A stretch of 64,000 nucleotides of DNA from Malacoraja senta. Lineage: Eukaryota. The stretch covers positions 263,500,001 through 263,564,000 of the forward strand of contig CM075977.1 in the NCBI GenBank assembly GCA_038087875.1, written 5' to 3'. This document shows positions 1 to 11,745 of this stretch, piece after piece. Within the stretch, counting starts at the first letter, position 1. The number at the start of each line of letters is the position of its first letter. The position numbers were made by a program, and so were the translations under genes. The notes beneath the pieces are model-generated. The model was not told where the DNA came from and did not search any database. It saw nothing but the letters and a program-made list of their open reading frames with translations.

Positions 1-775
1 CATAATCCCCCTTATTTAAACTAAGTACCCTAGCCTGAGTTTCAACCTGCTCCCCTTCTATTTGAATATGGAATTCGACCATATTGTGGTCACTTGTTCC
101 CAACGAGTCCCTAACTATGACATTTTTAATTAATCCTGCTTCATTACACAGGACCAGATCCAAGATTGCCTCCCCCCTTGTCGGTTCTGTGACATACTGT
201 TCTAGGAACCCGTCTCTAATACATTCTATAAACTCTTCCTCTAGTCTACCCTGCCCAGTTTGGTTTGCCCAATTAATATGAAAATTGAAGTCCCCCATGA
301 TTACAGCAGTTCCCTTTTTACATGCGTCAACTATTTGCAGATTTATGTTCTGACTAACAGCGTCACAGCTATTTGGAGGTCTATAAATTACACCCACTAG
401 TGTTTTTTTCCCCTTGTTATTCTCTATCTGTACCCAAGCTGTTTCACTATCCTGATCCTTCAACGCAATATCCTTCCTCTCTATTGCCGTTATTCCCTCC
501 CTTATTAAAAGGGCCACCCCTCCTCCCTTTCTTTCCTGTCTATCTTTTCTAATTGTCGAGTACCCCTCTATATTTAACTCCCAATCCTGATCCCCTTGCA
601 GCCATGTCTCCGTAATGGCCACGATATCATAACTATATATACTTAATTGCACCGTTAATTCATTTATCTTATTTCGAATACTCCGTGCATTTAGATACAG
701 CACTTTCAGATGATTTTTACTACCCTTCCTTTCTGTTTTTGCCCCTTTTACATCTAGAGCTTTATCTTCACACAT
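1..775 (-). CDS. CR1 ORF2 N-terminus (APE endonuclease), truncated by window edge
   Basis: Manual translation from ATG at 775 has no stop to position 1: LYLNARSIRNK, VAITETWL, GVIYRPP, MGDFN, ILDLVLCN, LGTSDHNMVEF. Confidence 0.88.
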   Translation of the reverse strand, partial: MCEDKALDVKGAKTERKGSKNHLKVLYLNARSIRNKINELTVQLSIYSYDIVAITETWLQGDQDWELNIEGYSTIRKDRQERKGGGVALLIREGITAIERKDIALKDQDSETAWVQIENNKGKKTLVGVIYRPPNSCDAVSQNINLQIVDACKKGTAVIMGDFNFHINWANQTGQGRLEEEFIECIRDGFLEQYVTEPTRGEAILDLVLCNEAGLIKNVIVRDSLGTSDHNMVEFHIQIEGEQVETQARVLSLNKGDY

Positions 776-882
776 TCTGGATCCTCCTGTCACATTTTGA
801 TTTTCCGTTTCCCCACTGATACCCTGCTCTATTTCCTCTACCCCTGCCTTTATTACCCCCCTTGATACCTCCCCCCCGCTAC

Positions 883-1836
883 TTAGTTTAAAGACCTCTC
901 TACTGCCCTAGTTATATGATTTGCCAGGACCCCAGTCCCAGCACCGTTCAGGTGAAGTCCGTCCTTACAGAACAGATCCTCCCTGTCCCAGTACTGGTGC
1001 CACTGGCCCAAGAAACCAAACCCATTTTTCCCACACCAGTCTTTGAGCCACGCATTCAGCTTTTTAATTTTACGTACCCTCGCCGATTTGGCCCGTGGCT
1101 CAGGTAGCAATCCGGAGATCAGTACCCTCGAGGTTCTGCTTTTTAATTTATTCCCTAACTGCTCAAACTCGTTCAGCAGATCCTCCTTCCTCGTCCTTCC
1201 TATGTCATTGGTCCCCACATGGACCACGACCACTGGATCCTCCCCCTCACTCTGCAAATTTCTCTCCAGCATCGCAGAGATATCCTTAACCCTAGCACCG
1301 GGTAGGCAACACAGCCTTCGGGACATGTTCTGCTGGCCGCAGAGAACCTTATCTACCCCCCGAATAATACTATCCCCTATCACAACGGCATTTCTTCTAA
1401 CTCCCCCCTCTTGAATGGCCCCCTGATCCACGGTGCTGCAGCCAGGTTGCTCATCCCTCCCACAGCCCCTGATCCCGTCCTCACATTGAGTAAGAGCCTC
1501 GGTCATGCTCGTCAGGGACAAGGGCTGTGGCTCCTGCCGCATCTCCTCCTGGTTCCCCCTACCTGCCTCGCTTATGGCCACACCTTCCTTTCCCTGCTCA
1601 CTAACTACTGAATTAGTTAAACTGGTCGGTGTGACCATCCCCTGGCACAAAACATCCAGGTAATACTCCCCCTCCCTGATGCACCGCAGCGTATGAAGTT
1701 GGGTCTCCAGCTCATCAATGCGGAGCTCGAGTTCCGCTAGCCTCAAACACTTACTGCAGCTGTAGGGATCATCTACATCAATGGTGTCGACAAATTCCCA
1801 CATCTCACAGTATTGGCACATCTCCTGGCCGCTCAT
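883..1836 (-). CDS. CR1 ORF1p: N-terminal CxxC..CxxC zinc finger/coiled coil plus SGNH esterase domain
   Basis: 317 aa with CQYC..CSKC, heptad LELRIDELETQL, and SGNH blocks GDSIIR, LPGARVKD, HVGTND, DGLHLN. Confidence 0.9.
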   Translation of the reverse strand: MSGQEMCQYCEMWEFVDTIDVDDPYSCSKCLRLAELELRIDELETQLHTLRCIREGEYYLDVLCQGMVTPTSLTNSVVSEQGKEGVAISEAGRGNQEEMRQEPQPLSLTSMTEALTQCEDGIRGCGRDEQPGCSTVDQGAIQEGGVRRNAVVIGDSIIRGVDKVLCGQQNMSRRLCCLPGARVKDISAMLERNLQSEGEDPVVVVHVGTNDIGRTRKEDLLNEFEQLGNKLKSRTSRVLISGLLPEPRAKSARVRKIKKLNAWLKDWCGKNGFGFLGQWHQYWDREDLFCKDGLHLNGAGTGVLANHITRAVERSLN

Positions 1837-3122
1837 CTTATATAAGTAATTAACTGGTCCTATTAAGAATCCCCTACCCGGATTACTGTATTAAAACACC
1901 CCTTATTTATATAATCCTACCTCCTATAAATGGGAAAGTACTTACCCCAGCCGTAAATTACCTACTGGTTTGGCTGTCTAGTGGTAATTCCGTCCGCTCT
2001 TTCTGTCTGGTCCACTGCTCCCTTGCAGTGCGTGGCCTACCTCTTAGCTCTGTTAGCCTCTCGAGCCGCGGCTCCGTCCTTCCTCCCTCGGCGACAGCCC
2101 GGGCCGCACCTGTCATGGACAACAATTGCAAGGATGTCATAACAATGGAGCGTTATTTTCAATGCTGCCCCCCACACTGCAGCATAAACAAACCAATGTC
2201 AGCATCCTCTTCCAGCCCAACATCTGTTGCACTGAGGCCCTGATTATACCACTGTGTTGGGCAAGTGACATTGTTCACATGCCACACGCTGGACTTTAGA
2301 AACACACATTCCATTCTGAATTCTGTCACAGCAAGAAATTATGAGATGATCCAAGGAAAAGATTCAGGGCTGTTCTTAAAACCTCCTCAAGAAAATATAC
2401 CAGCATAAACTTTATTTTATCCTTTCCATGTTTTGAGATACTAGTTGAGAAATTTACTACAGAGTCCTGTTATTTTGTTTGCAACTTTTATATAATGAAT
2501 ATCAAAAATAATTACTTTACTTATATGGTGTCTGCTCAGTGAGTTTATGCTATTATGTTGCCTTCCCTAATTCTGTCTCCAGGATAAGTAGCAGACAGCA
2601 TGTGGATATTTCTGCAACGGTTGGACGATGGCAGTATTATAAATATAGCACCTCATGACTAATCTTGCTTCCCAAGTCCTTGAAATTAGTTTGATGTATA
2701 GCCACCATAGGGAACCATGACAGAAATAGTCTCTCACATAGCAATAATATTAATACCCATTTGAATCATTTTTTAATGATAGTAATGTTGTTAAAGGAAA
2801 TCTGGAAAGGTTACTGGGAGAATTCATTGGTGTTCTTTAAATAGTATCACTTCAAAGTCCAGCTTAAAAGGCTGAAGCTGCTTCACTTCAATGAAGGCAT
2901 ATATATTTCATTAAAATTGTTCTTCGTTTTAGATCATTTGTCTGGAATGGGAATTGACTTTCCACTATTTTACCCATGACAAAAATGTTGTCACTAAGGA
3001 AAGCAGGTATTTGACTGTTCAATGGTGATGAGGTGGAATATCACAACACATCTAATGAACTATTAAAAGTATCGCAATGTGCCCCTCAGTTGAGATCATC
3101 CTGCTCTGTTGCATACTTATAT

Positions 3123-4077
3123 TCAATCAATCAATCAATCAAGCACTTTATTCATCCCCAAGGGGCAATTTAAAAGGGCGCATTACAGTAGCTTTAATAA
3201 AAGAAAGAAGGGACACAAACAACGTAACGAAAGACAAACATTCAAAGCTACTCTTTGCACCGACCGGTCGACCGCACGAGCAGTGACCCGGCAAGGATTG
3301 GGTTGTCAGCAGCGATACAATAATAAAGAACACACAAAATGTAACACAAACATCCACCACAGCATTCATCACTATGGTGGAAGGCACAAAAATTTGGCCA
3401 GTCCTCCTCCATTTCCCCCCGTGGACAGGACCAGAGTCCAAGTCAGTCCAGGATCGGCTCTTCCTCACCGGAGACCGCGGCTTTAGATTGTTGTAGGCCG
3501 CAGGCCGGCGGTCAAGATTTAAAGTCCCCGCCGCAGCCAGAAGCACCGTAGACTGCAGGGCCGGCGATCGAAGCTCCCCTCCAGGGGTGATGGTAAGTCC
3601 ATGCCGGCCCCGCGGTAGAAGGTAGCCGCGGGCCGGCAATGATGGCTTCTTCTTCCCCCGGGTCCCCCACGAGGGATCCCGGGCTGTAGACGCCGCACCA
3701 GCTGGAGCTCTGCAGACCGCGGCTTCAGGCTGCGACTTCAGGCTGCCGGCTGCCCCGGGCCAGCGAAATGGAGCGCTCCCCTCCAGCGAGGGTTCACCCG
3801 CTCCACGCCGAGAGTCCACGCTGAAGCCCCGGGCACGTCTCCGGGAAAGGCTGCGCCGATCCTTGATGTTAGGCCACGGGGGAGGCGACCTGGAAAAGTC
3901 GCCTCTCCATGGAGGAGGCGACCGAAGCGGTTTCCCCCACACCCCCCCCCCCACACCACCCCCCACACAAGACACCCAAAGAAACATTAAACACACACTT
4001 TAAAACATACTAAAAAATAAAAACAAGTTGAAAAAACTGACGCACTGCTGACATGGCTGCTGCCTAAACAGCGCCCC
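3123..4077 (-). mobile_element. Modular GC-rich non-autonomous retroelement, copy A
   Basis: GGCGC head, T-rich tract, G-run, GC-rich body, CCACCATAG..CTGTGGTGG hairpin, AATAAA plus (GATT)n tail. Same layout as 8 other copies in the window. Confidence 0.7.
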
Positions 4078-4769
4078 AGAGTATTCATGGTCTCAGCTTA
4101 AAATCTCAGTTCACTAGAATCCCCCCAAAATCTGCTTGATTGCCTTGAATTCAAATGCTATGGGACCACTGCATGAAGCACATAATTTATTCACCTTAAA
4201 CTTAAGGATGTAGCCTAACAAGTATGAAACTTCCAGTAGCCTGCATGAAAAGTTCAACCTCAGCAGTTATTGGCTGAAGTGTATCTTTTAAATTGAGCAA
4301 ATTGAACAAATGTTTAAGTCTCCGTTTTTTCTCAGTTGAATTTAGAAAATACAACATGTAGGTTGGAAGCATTATAAGGGGAAGAGTATTTGATAATTTT
4401 CCATTGTAATTATAATGTCAATGGGAAAAAAAGAAGTGAATTCTAGAGTTGGATGCCATAAAGTATTTGGCTTCTTCTAACAGAGCTCAGGGCTGTAACA
4501 TAAACTTACTTAAAATTGTAAGATCCAAGAGCACATGTCTTCCCTTTAAAGATATGATCTGTCTAAACTGAACTGAATCATGGTATATTCGATGTTGTTA
4601 GGCTAACCATGTGACATCACTTCTGGAGGCAATAGAGACCCCACTGATCTTGAAGTTCGTTACAGTATGTGTACCTTTCAATGCCACCCTTTTAAATGAA
4701 AAGGAAGAGCAAATAACCTCATATAAGTTACCTGCAGTAAAATCTTATGTATATGATATATGTTAGTCA

Positions 4770-5600
4770 TAGACTCATTGTACAGCACATAAATGTGCCC
4801 TTTAGGCCCACCGCATCCGTCGACCACGATGCCTATCCTATTTCCTGCATTAAGCCCATGTCCCTCAATGTCTTCCTATGTAACCACTCCTCTAAATGCC
4901 TTTAAACCATTGCAATTGTACCTACCTCTATCATCTTTTAGACTTTAGACTTTAGAGATACAACGCGGAATCAGGCCCTTCGGCCCTACGAGTCGGCGCC
5001 GACCAGCTTAACCCCGTACACTAACACAATCCTACACACGAGGGATAATTTACAATTTTTACCGAAGCCAATTAACCTACAAACCTGCACATTTTTTGGA
5101 GTGGAGGAAACCGGAGCACCAAAGGAAAACCCATGCAGTCGCAGGGAGAACGTACAAACTCCGTACTGGCAGCACCCGTAGTCAGGATCGAACCCACGTC
5201 TCTGGTGCTGTAAGCCAGCAGCTCTACCGCTACACCTTGGTGCTGCCTCTTCTGGCATAACCTGATAACCAGATAACCACCACCCTTCTGTGAAAAACAT
5301 ACCCTTCAGACCTCAATCAAACTTCTACCCATCTCAACTTAAGCCTGTGTCCTCTGGTTCTGGATTCCCCTTCCCTGGGAAAAAGACTGACTATTCTTTC
5401 TATGGCCCACATAATGTTATAAATCCTCTAAAGATCAAATTCAGCCAATCTCCCCTTGTAACCATAGCACGTTATTCCAGGCAATGTCCTGGTAAATCAC
5501 TTTTGCACTCTCTTTATTGCTTCCACATCATTCCTGTAGTGTGATGACCTAAGGTATATGCAATATTCCAAATATGTTCTAACCAATGTTTTGTTTAGCT
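4770..5600 (-). mobile_element. Decayed CR1 3' fragment interrupted by a SINE
   Basis: CR1-type 3' UTR and tail similar to other CR1 ends in the window. Confidence 0.55.
4937..5243 (-). mobile_element. tRNA-derived SINE (HE1/V-SINE-like) with CR1-type tail
   Basis: A-box-like GGTGTAGCGGT, B box GGTTCGATCC, central GAGTTTGTACGTTCTCCC..CCGGTTTCCTCC domain, GGGCCGAAGGGCCTG tail, (CTAAAGT)n. Confidence 0.85.
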
Positions 5601-5624
5601 GCAACATGATATCTCATACTCATA

Positions 5625-5795
5625 CCTATTTTATTAGCCAAGTATGTTTAGCAACAAACGAGGAATTTGATTTGCCATACGTCATAATTATAAAAAGCAA
5701 CAGAACACACAAAATACATGTTAACATAAACATCCACCACAGTGACTCCTCCACATTCCTCACTGTGATGGAAGGTGAAAAAAAGTTCAATCTCA
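5625..5795 (-). mobile_element. Modular retroelement, 3' fragment (copy H)
   Basis: Family hairpin at about 5733-5772; tail nearly identical to copy G (56822). Confidence 0.65.
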
Positions 5796-5929
5796 ACACT
5801 CATACTCATTGCCTTGGCCTATGAGAGCATGCATACCAAATAACATCTGCACCACTCTGTCTACCTCTGTTGCCACTTTCTGTGAACAATGTACTTTCAC
5901 CCCAAAGCCCTTTGGTACATCTAAAGAGA

Positions 5930-6340
5930 GCTTCAAGTTCCTTGGTGTTAATATTACCAACAAACAACCACATTGATGCAACAGCCAAGAAGGCACACCA
6001 AAGTCTCTATTTCCTGAGGAGACTGAGGCAACTCCAGTGATGCACTACTTGGTTTTGGAACAGCTCTGCCCAAGATCGCAAGAAATTGCAAAGAATTGTA
6101 GATGCAGCCCAGTCCATCACAGACTAGACTTCCCACCATTGCTTCCATGTATACATCACACTGCCTCGGAAAAGCAGCCAACATACTCAAAGACTTGTCC
6201 ACCACTGTCATTTATTTTTCTCCCTGCTCCCAATTGCCTGATTTAGGAACAGCTTCTTCCTTTATGTTATCAAGCTTCTGAATGGTCCTTCCATAATCTA
6301 GGGTACAGTTCAGTTCACCTGTACCCAATTGTGGACATTG
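5930..6340 (+). mobile_element. Decayed Rex1/Babar-type LINE RT 3' fragment
   Basis: Remnant FKFLGVNI..KKAHQSLYFLRRL motif. Confidence 0.6.
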
Positions 6341-7045
6341 GGTGGCGCCACTGCAGTGGCTGCCTCACCAACAGTCTGTCTGTCCCCTCTCTGTTTTATT
6401 ATTTTAAGTATGTTTTAAAGGTATGTTTTAGTGTTTCTCAGTCTGTTTTATGTGGGAGGTGGGGGGGGGGCGGAATTGGGGGAAACTTTTTTCAGTCACC
6501 TACCTCGATGGAGATGCGAATTTTCTCTGCATCGCATCTCCGTCCCCCCTGTGGCCTAACAACGTGGAGTGGTGCGGCCCTTCCTGAAGACCGGCCTGGC
6601 GCTTCAAGCCACGGGTGTGGCGCAGACTTTAACATCGGGATCTGCGACCCTTTGCCGAGGATCGCCAGTGGAAGAGCTCTGACCACGGTGCCTATGGACT
6701 TTAACACTGTGAAGCCTCCGCGGCCTCCGGAGCTCCATGCCTACGCCAGAGTTTTTCGATCATCCCGAGAGCTCGGGCATCGGACCATCAGCGGCGGCGG
6801 ATGCTGAGGTTTCAACAGCCCAGAACCACGGGTGAACAAAGGAGGAAGATGATTGAACTTTATTACCTTCCATCACAGTGAGCACCGTGGTGGATGTTTA
6901 TGTTACATTTTATTTGATGTGGCTATGTGTATTGTTGTTTTTCACTTAATATGGCTGTATGGTAACTCAAACTTGGCTGTACCTTAGTTGGTGCGTGTGA
7001 GGATAAACGCGAACTCGAACTTGAACTTGATCTTGGACTTGATCT
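6341..7045 (+). mobile_element. Modular retroelement, copy B
   Basis: GGCGCC head, T-tract, G-run, hairpin at 6869-6892, (GAACTT)n tail. Confidence 0.7.
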
Positions 7046-7596
7046 ATGGAACTGATGCGCTACAATGCTGCAAACTAAGATCTTCCCCTTTCCTCTATCT
7101 ATTGCACGTGAGTTTGACTTGATTGTGTTTATGTATGGTATATCTAATGTGTTTGGATAGCAGGCAAAACACATTGGCACACATGACGATAATAAACCTG
7201 AATCTAAACCTAACACCTTAGGTCCGTCCCTGCCTTCTCCTACATATGTCCCACTAGAAATTGACTTCCAAAAGCGCATTACGTCACACTTGTCTGAATT
7301 AAACTCCGATTGTTACTTCTGCCCATTTTTCCAGCTGTTCTATGTGCCACCGTGTTTGAAACAAATTCCTTCAATATTTACAATTCTATCATTTTTATGT
7401 CATCTGCAAACTTACTAATCAATCCACCTATTCTCACCAAATTCTGTAAAATATCGCAAACAACAAAGGTCCCTGCACTGATTACTGAGTAGACTACTTG
7501 TTACAGACTTACATTCAGAAACAAGTCTTATTACATTTTTGCTCACAACCAACAGTCCTTTGATGCTTTCTTCGTGTAGCTGATTCTATTAACAAA

Positions 7597-8489
7597 CTAC
7601 ACTAAGTGGGACCCCTTGGGTCCCTTTCACACAGGATGCCTGGTCCCCCATCGCAACCTGTTCCCCCAACGCAATATTGCACCACTCACCCATAGCCCCC
7701 AACTGCGCAGGCGCGGCTCATTTCCCCTCATCTCCAGCACTCTCTCCCCTTCCTCTTCACCCTCCCTCTTCTTTCCCCTCTCCTCCCCTCCCCTCCCCAA
7801 TCCCTCCCTCACCTATCCCTCCCTCTCCTTTCCCCTACCCTCAGTCACGCCCTCCCTCCATCCATAACTCCTCTCCCCTCCCTACCCCCATCCTATCACT
7901 CTACCCCCCACTCCTCACCTCCCCCTATCCCTCACCTCCCCCACTGCCCTCCTCTCCCTCTATTCCCCACTCCCTACATTCACCACTCCCCCTCTCCTCT
8001 CCCTCTATTCCCCCTCCTCCCACACTCTCCCTCCTCACCTCCCCAGGATCTCGAGGTTGCCGCTCCTTTCCCATCTTGCATGCCCCAAAGGAGCATCAGC
8101 CGTCGGCGCCCTCAGAGCCAGGCTCAGCACCCAGGCCTCGGATTCTCGGCGCAGATCCGGAGCACCAGCAGCTACGGCCACGCGCTGACAGAGCCGGGCG
8201 GGTGCAGTTGACTGACAGCGGACGTGGCCAATCAGTGCGGCGATAGTGCAGGAAGGGGCGTCGCTGTCCCGGCGGTGACTGACAGGAGAGGAGACTAATC
8301 TGCGCATGCGCGGTTTTAAAGATTTTTAAACCTTTATCACTTTTTAAATATACCACCGATCGGAACAAAACTTGTTGCACTTGAAGCACAGGAGAATAGT
8401 GAGTAAGGTGGGGGAAAAACCGTAGTGCTATCGTGTACCGTTTTTGTGCAAATTTAAAAAACAAGGTGAGAGTTTTAGTTCTATATAGA
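7597..8489 (-). mobile_element. Non-autonomous Helitron
   Basis: 5' TC at 8489-8488; 3' hairpin GGGACCC-AAG-GGGTCCC upstream of GTAG (variant of CTAG); inserted between A and T. Confidence 0.7.
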
Positions 8490-9453
8490 TAAATACAGCC
8501 TTGAATAATTAAAGGACTTGCTCAGGAGAGACTAAATTGTTTGTCGTGTCCGGGATCCAGTATTCAGGACCAGTTACTATGTGAGATTGAGTTGTATCCG
8601 TAGAAGTGCAAACAGACATGCAAAGCCGAGAGCTATCCAAAGCCAAACTGGAAATGTACAAAAACAAATAAAACTGCAGTTGTTGGACCCTGAAACAAAA
8701 ACAGAAATGTTGGAAGAACCCAGCCAGCCAGCCAAGCATTACCAGTGAAAAGAGAAACCAGTTAATGCTTCACATTGTAGACTTTTCATCCGAACTACTG
8801 GAGAGCTAAGACAAGTACAAGTGTGTCAGAGCAAGGACACAACAGCCAATGTGTTCAAGTATTGTGGACACCAACATGAGTGACCAAGAATGAAATGGCC
8901 TCCATAAGGGGAAAACTTATTTTGTGGCCTGGATTGGGAAATCGTTTTTGCAGCCAATGTTTACAATAAAGAGGACATTGAAAGCCACTGGGGTGGGCAG
9001 AATAAGCTATGCAGAGATGGGGACAGAATTAGAGTAAGAGCACCAGTTGAGGCTGAACATATCATGTCAAGATGTTGGTGCAATCATAGTTAGTGGCACC
9101 AGCTTGATTTGGTATCAATGTGTCATGTGTCACTGAAGCAAACAGTCAATGGCAAGGCGGTAATGTTGATGTGCGCGAAATGTCCTTGGCTAGCTTATGC
9201 AATATTGAGTGTTATCCACTTTGGAATTGTGACCTTCATTGTGCATTTGCATTGAACTGTTAAGGTTAGTTTTGAACAGAGTGAAATCAGCTTATTGCCC
9301 TGGAAGACAGGTCATGGAATGCTCTGTCCCTCTCTAAGTTAATTTGTGTAATAAAGTATTTTGTTAACTTACCTTTTGTCCTCCATTATCTTTGGGAAAG
9401 AATTAAAGAGGGATACTGGGTAGCACATATTGCTTCGTATTCATAATCATTAT

Positions 9454-9578
9454 GGTGTGGGAGATTGCAACATTCACGTGTTTTGACGAATGCAATCAAC
9501 CTGGCGTGCACAATCAAATAAAATCAAATAGAACAAGTTGTCCTACAACTTTAGGCTGTGCACACCACACGCAAGAAG
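9454..9578 (+). mobile_element. Short (AAG)n-tailed retroposon with internally deleted HDV-like ribozyme head (family 2)
   Basis: 11-bp near-TSD ATAAT(C/T)ATTAT at 9443-9453 and 9579-9589; homologous to 31166-31305 on the opposite strand. Confidence 0.75.
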
Positions 9579-10659
9579 ATAATTATTATCATAATACCTG
9601 TGTTTCCAAAAAGAAGAGGTAAAGACTAATCCGTATTTATAATGTGTCAGAAAATTTGATATTGTCTAAGTTTAAGTTGTGATTATCGCATAAATTCCAT
9701 GAATTGATCTAAATAAAACTATATTTCTATCTCCCATTGAAAATAGCCCAAAGATCATTGGGATCTGCATCTGCATGCAGAGCAGATGTCTGTTAACCCA
9801 TTGCTCAGATCTTTCTCTGTCCTTCCACCGATGCTACCTGATTTTCTGAGGAATTTTTGTTTTCTGTTTTTCAGCTTTCCAGCATATACAGTATTTTATT
9901 TTTGCTTCTTGTACAGTTTGACAGTATATAGGAAATTAATAAAGTTTTGATTTATTACACTCAAGAAATAATTAATAATATCCTGTCAGAACTCATTGGA
10001 GATTGAAGCCATCTATTCTAAATGATGAAATGAGCTTTGCTTATTTCTTTGATGTCAGATGTATTTGGCTTCGCTTGATGTTTGTACTTTTGATTTGTGG
10101 TCACTGATCAAAGATAACTGGGCTGGGTTGTGAGTGGGAAAGAGGAATCGAGATGTAGCAAACAGTGCAAATGCCATAAACATCAGCATGAGTTAATAAT
10201 TTCAAATCCAGGTTAAACAAGGACACAGTACCCATCGCAGTTTTTTAAAAAAATGCTTCGGTAGAAGAATTGGTTGTACTCTGGAACTAAAAATGAATCC
10301 CAATATCTAAATTAAAACATATTATGATCTGATTATATTATTTATCCTCTGTTGCTTGGAAGTCGTAATGTAAGACAAACATAGTGAGCTAGAACATTAT
10401 ATAGGGGCCAAATGCATTGAAGTTCAAATGCAAATTAGTTAATGTTTGTGCACATTTTCTGTCACCCCTTTACACAAAGTAGCTAATCATATCCAACTGG
10501 TTCAAGCCACTGACACAAGAAATGATCCCTGTACAAATGTAAGTGGAGTCAATATCCCTGCTTTCTTACCATGACATTTAGCCTGGACCCTATTGTATGG
10601 AGCTTCTCTTTAGGAATTCAATTCTTAAGAGCTCACTTTAAAAGTAACCCCAGAAACAC

Positions 10660-11745
10660 CTCCTCCCTTTGGCTTGGCTCATCATTGTTTGTGATGTATA
10701 TAAATGATTTAGACGTAAATGTAGATGGGTTTGCAGACGACAACAAGATTGCTGGAGTTGCAGACAGTGAGGAAGGCTGTCAAAGTATTCAGTAATATAT
10801 AGATCAACTACAGAAATGAGTGGGAATGTGGCACATTTAGATTATTCCCGGCAATGTGCAGTGTTGCACCTCATGGGTTTGAATCTATGGGGAAGAGATA
10901 CAGTTGATGGAAAGACCCTAAAAAACATTGATGTGCAGAGGAATCTTGGCGTCCAGGTCCATTGCTCTCTGAAATGTCTTCTCAAGTAAATAGAATGGTA
11001 AAGAGGGCATATGGATATCATGATGCAGCTCTATAACACTTTGGTTAGGCCGCATTTGATTTATTGCATGCAATTCTGGTTGACCTATTACAGGAAGGAT
11101 GTGGAAAATTTGGAGAGTGTGCAGAAGAGGTTTACCTGAATGCTGAAGATAGACACAAAATGCTGGAGTAAGTCAGTGGGGGCAGGCAGCATCTCTGGAT
11201 AAAAGCAAATGGTGTCCAGAGATGCTGCCTGCCCTGCTAAGTTACTCCAGCATTTTGTGTCTATCTTCAGTGTAAACCAACATCTGCAGTTCCTTCCTGC
11301 ACATTTTACCTGAATTCTGCCTGGATTAGAGGATATTCGTTACAAAGAGAGGTTGGACAAACTTGGATTGTTCTTTAGGATGTCAGAGGATGAGGGGAGA
11401 CCTGATAGAAGTAAATAAAGTTATGACAGGCATAGATAGGGTAGACAGTCTGAACCTTTTTCCCAGGGTGAAAATGTCAAAGCCTAGAAGCATTGCATTA
11501 AGGTGAGGTTGGCAAAGTTTTAAAATGAAATTGCGGGGCAAGTTTTTTTAGATAGAGGGTGATGCGGAGGGTGCTGATGGAGGCAGATATAATAGTGATA
11601 GGCTTTAAGATAGGTGCATGAATATGCTAGGAATGAAAGGGCAGGGATCTTGTGTAGGCAGAAGAGATTCGCTTATTTTGGCATCATATTCGGCACATGC
11701 TAAAGGGTCTGTTCCCGTGCTGTACTTTTCTATGTTTTATGTTTA
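10660..11745 (+). mobile_element. Decayed CR1 RT/3' end
   Basis: YINDLD..FADDNKI motif and CR1 tail TTCTATGTTTTATG. Confidence 0.75.
11142..11304. mobile_element. Penelope-terminus-derived foldback insert
   Basis: Inverted arms of about 57 bp; 11-bp TSD TTTACCTGAAT at 11131-11141 and 11305-11315. Confidence 0.75.

Larger units (their letters stand above)
1..2105 (-). mobile_element. CR1-clade LINE, 5' half (5'UTR, ORF1, start of ORF2); continues beyond window start
   Basis: ORF1 esterase followed by an open APE endonuclease frame on the - strand. The 5' boundary is approximate. Confidence 0.9.

Noticed and set aside
3148-3996. 282-aa ORF and similar ORFs at 24982-25700, 50134-50709 and 56830-57503
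   Set aside because: GC-rich repeat bodies; no shared reading frame or domain among family copies.
5160-5243. tRNA gene
   Set aside because: tRNA-like head of a SINE; no full cloverleaf, and followed by SINE body and tail.
7616-8246. Proline-rich ORFs
   Set aside because: Low-complexity C/T tract within a Helitron.
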